Assembly: GCA_037189525.1 (NCBI GenBank)
Contig: JBBCJC010000005.1
Location: forward strand, 928,001-992,000
Direction: 5' to 3'
Source of the DNA: Gemmatimonadales bacterium
GTDB taxonomy: Bacteria; Gemmatimonadota; Gemmatimonadetes; Gemmatimonadales; GWC2-71-9
DNA length: 64,000 bases
How positions within the stretch are numbered: position 1 is the first letter of the stretch; each line of letters starts with the position of its first letter. Below the pieces are notes generated by a model that did no database searches, was not told the origin of the DNA, and worked only from the letters and a program-made list of their open reading frames with translations. A program made the translations under genes and the position numbers. This document shows positions 61,297 to 64,000 of this stretch, piece by piece.

Positions 61297-62565
61297 ATGA
61301 ACATGATCAAACGAACCGAACGAATCGTGGTCGCAGGCGCCAGTGTGCTGGCGCTCCAGACCGCCGATGCCGTCGCGCAGGACCCGGCCGACTTGCTCAC
61401 CCGGGCCCGCGCCATCCACGAGCGCGTCCTGACGCTCGATACGCACGTCGACATCAACCCGGCCAACTTCACCCGCGAACGCAGCTATGCAACGCGGCTG
61501 CCGACCCAGGTCAACATTCCGTCGATGGAGGAAGGGGGGCTCGACGCCGTCTTCCTGATCGTCTACGTCGGCCAGACGCAGGATTTTACCTCGGCGGGTT
61601 TTGCCAAAGCGACGGCGGCCGCGATGGAAAAGTTCGACGCCATCGATCGCCTGGTTACGCAGCTTGCGCCCGATCGAATTGCCCTGGCGCGCACCGCCGA
61701 TGAGGTCCGCCGGATCTATGCCTCGGGCAAGAAGGTGGCGCTGATCGGGGTCGAGAACGGCTACCAGCTGGGCACCGACATCAAGAATGTCGAGCGTTTC
61801 GCGGCCCGGGGCGCCCGCTACGTTTCGCTGGCTCACAACGGACACAGCCATCTTTCCGACTCCAACACCGGCGAGCGCGACGGCGTCTGGCTGCATAACG
61901 GCCTCTCCGATCTCGGCCGGCAGATGGTCGCCGAGCTGAACAAGTGGGGCGTCATGATCGACGTCTCCCACCCGTCCAAGCAGTCGATGATGCAGACCGT
62001 TGCCCTGAGCCGCGCGCCGATCATCGCGTCGCACTCGGGCGTCCGCGCCCTCTGCGATCACAGCCGCAACATGGACGACGAACAGCTCCGGGCCCTGGCC
62101 CGTAACGGAGGCGTCGTCCAGATCGTGGCCTTCAACGGTTACGTCAAGTGTCAGCAGGATTCCCCCGAGCGGCAGAAGGCGCTTGCTGCGCTTCGGGAGG
62201 AGTTCGGGGTACGCGGTAACCCCAATGCCTTGCCCGAGCCGCAGCGGACCCGCTTCCGCGACCGGATGAACGAACTCAATCGCCGGTTGCCGGCGCCCCC
62301 GCGGGCCACCGTGGCGGAGTTCGTCGACCATATCGACTACGCCGTCAAACTGATCGGGCTCGATCACGTCGGCATCAGTTCCGATTTCGACGGCGGCGGC
62401 GGCGTGGAGGGATGGAACAACGCGAGCGAAACGCTCAACGTGACCGTCGAGCTGGTGCGGCGCGGTTACACCGAGGAGCAGATCGCCAAGCTGTGGAGCG
62501 GCAACCTGCTGCGTGTGATGGAGCAGGTCGACCAGATCGGCAGGAAACTGCGCGGCGTGGCGTGA
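61297..62565 (+). CDS. Membrane dipeptidase (M19 family)
   Basis: LDTHVD, IGVENG, MIDVSH, IASHS, RN, DHIDY, SSDFDGG; signal peptide. Confidence 0.93.
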   Translation: MNMIKRTERIVVAGASVLALQTADAVAQDPADLLTRARAIHERVLTLDTHVDINPANFTRERSYATRLPTQVNIPSMEEGGLDAVFLIVYVGQTQDFTSAGFAKATAAAMEKFDAIDRLVTQLAPDRIALARTADEVRRIYASGKKVALIGVENGYQLGTDIKNVERFAARGARYVSLAHNGHSHLSDSNTGERDGVWLHNGLSDLGRQMVAELNKWGVMIDVSHPSKQSMMQTVALSRAPIIASHSGVRALCDHSRNMDDEQLRALARNGGVVQIVAFNGYVKCQQDSPERQKALAALREEFGVRGNPNALPEPQRTRFRDRMNELNRRLPAPPRATVAEFVDHIDYAVKLIGLDHVGISSDFDGGGGVEGWNNASETLNVTVELVRRGYTEEQIAKLWSGNLLRVMEQVDQIGRKLRGVA

Positions 62566-63194
62566 CGACCGACCGCGGCTACGTCAATCGACAGCTTCCA
62601 CCCTCGATTGCGCGCCGCGGTGGGGCGCTGACTCGCTTGGTGGGGAGGACGATGCTCCGCCTCCTCGGCTGGCGGATCGAAGGCACCCTTCCCGATCGCG
62701 CCAAGCTGGTTGCCGTCGTCGCCCCGCATTCGTCCAACTGGGACTTTCTGGTCGGCATCGGGCTGGTCTTTGCCTGGAACCTCCGGGTTCGCTACATCGG
62801 CAAGAAGGAACTGTTCCGGTTTCCCCTGGGCCCGCTGATGTACTGGCTCGGGGGAATCGCCGTCGACCGCAAGGCCCCGGCCGGGCTGATCGACCAGGTG
62901 GTCGACGAGTTCGAACGGAGTCCGCAAATCCTGCTCGGCATTACCCCCGAAGGCACTCGCACTCCCGGAGTCCGGTGGAAGGCGGGGTTCTACTGGATCG
63001 CCCGGCGGGCGGGGGCAGCCATCCTGCCGGTCTACCTGGATTGGGGCCGCAAGGTGATCGGGTTCTGGCCCGCCTTCGAGCCGACCGAATCGCCCCAGGA
63101 CGACCTGGCCTATCTCGTTGGCAAATATGCGGTTATCCCAAGACACGACGGCACGTACATCGACCCGGAACGGGCCCTCCCCGACTTCTCGTGA
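62562..63194 (+). CDS. Lysophospholipid acyltransferase (PlsC family)
   Basis: APHSSNWD, GKKELF, VDR, TPEGTR. Confidence 0.9.
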   Translation: MTTDRGYVNRQLPPSIARRGGALTRLVGRTMLRLLGWRIEGTLPDRAKLVAVVAPHSSNWDFLVGIGLVFAWNLRVRYIGKKELFRFPLGPLMYWLGGIAVDRKAPAGLIDQVVDEFERSPQILLGITPEGTRTPGVRWKAGFYWIARRAGAAILPVYLDWGRKVIGFWPAFEPTESPQDDLAYLVGKYAVIPRHDGTYIDPERALPDFS

Positions 63195-63240
63195 GCCTGT
63201 AAGCGCCTCGTAAGCGGGGCGGGCCAGATTTGGCTGTACC

Positions 63241-63753
63241 ATGACCGACAATTCCAGAGAGCAGCCCACCCGGACCGGGAGCTTTCGCGCTGCCGTCCGG
63301 GCCGGCGCCAACGTCACGGAATACACCCGCGCAGGCGCGGGTCGCCCCGTCCTCCTGCTGCTGCAGCGACTCGGCCAGGACCCGGCCTATCCGGCCGAAA
63401 TCCTGACCGCCATTGCAAACCAGTTCCGCGTCATTTCTCCGGAGCGGATTCCGAGCGGCACCGATTTCGGGGAGTGGCTCAGCACCTTCCTCGACGGACT
63501 CGGCCTCGAGGCGATCAGCATCGTCACCGAGGACGAATTCGGGGTCCCGGTGTTCGGGTTCGCCCTGCTTGAGCCGGCCCGCGTCCATCGCGTCGTCGTC
63601 CTGTCCAGGACCAGCCCGGAAACCGATGCCACTGGGGCGGCCGTCGCCAGCCCCGATGCGGCCGCCGGCTCCCATCCGTTTCTGATCGTTCGCTACGGCG
63701 GCCCCGTCGACGAAACGGTTCAGAAGGTGGTCCAGTTCCTGGCCGCGCCGTAA
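63241..63753 (+). CDS. Short degenerate alpha/beta-hydrolase-fold protein
   Basis: YTRAGAGRPVLLL, FRVISP, FLDGLGL, PARVHRVVVL; no GxSxG. Confidence 0.6.
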   Translation: MTDNSREQPTRTGSFRAAVRAGANVTEYTRAGAGRPVLLLLQRLGQDPAYPAEILTAIANQFRVISPERIPSGTDFGEWLSTFLDGLGLEAISIVTEDEFGVPVFGFALLEPARVHRVVVLSRTSPETDATGAAVASPDAAAGSHPFLIVRYGGPVDETVQKVVQFLAAP

Positions 63754-63778
63754 CTTCGGAACGACCGTCACGATCCCC

Positions 63779-64000
63779 ATGGCCACCGACCTCGCCACAC
63801 CGCCTCTGACTCCAGCCGGCCTTCCGGCTGCGCTGACCCGTTTCGTCGGGCGGAGCAGAGAGTTGGGCGACCTCGAGGGCCTGTTGGCCGCCCATCGGCT
63901 GCTCACCCTGACGGGCGCGGGCGGCAGCGGGAAAACCCGGCTGGCCCGCGAAGTCGTGACCCGCAGCCAACTCGGCTGGGATCGCATCGTCTGGGTCGAC
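63779..64000 (+). CDS. STAND/NB-ARC-like ATPase regulator, N-terminal part (runs off window)
   Basis: Translated by hand: LPAALTRFVGRSREL..RLLTLTGAGGSGKTRLA..IVWVD (Walker A). Confidence 0.85.
   Translation, partial: MATDLATPPLTPAGLPAALTRFVGRSRELGDLEGLLAAHRLLTLTGAGGSGKTRLAREVVTRSQLGWDRIVWVD

Overview
High-GC bacterial chromosomal window. Gene content (SusC/RagA-SusD pair, 6-bladed beta-propeller lipoprotein, barrel-less TonB plug protein, DUF5916 protein, Ig-like lipoprotein) suggests Gemmatimonadota; this is an inference. About 60 CDS are supportable; I see no rRNA, tRNA, CRISPR array, transposase or integrase. Main blocks: (i) 0-12.4 kb, secreted hydrolases, an SdpR/SdpI module and surface proteins; (ii) 12.5-22.8 kb, a minus-strand chemosensory cluster (REC-CheX hybrid, cheA, cheW, DUF420-like membrane protein, soluble two-PAS chemoreceptor, a disrupted UbiB/ABC1 kinase gene, cheY-cheB-cheR-cheX); (iii) 23.8-32.1 kb, a complete cbb3 oxidase operon (fused ccoNO, Q, P, G, H, DsbD-like, I, S); (iv) 32.7-40 kb, vapBC plus a TetR-flanked MFS/oxidoreductase/acyl-CoA ligase cluster; (v) korAB, housekeeping genes, susCD, prfC, and a truncated STAND-type ATPase at the right edge. 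The best candidate for an undescribed system is the chemosensory cluster. It combines an Aer2-type heme PAS receptor, a CheA carrying an MshEN-like c-di-GMP motif, a His-rich membrane protein and a UbiB-family kinase with an unrecognised C-terminal domain. It lies back-to-back with the high-affinity cbb3 oxidase operon and shares a candidate operator motif with it. All calls are from motif reading only; no database searches were run.
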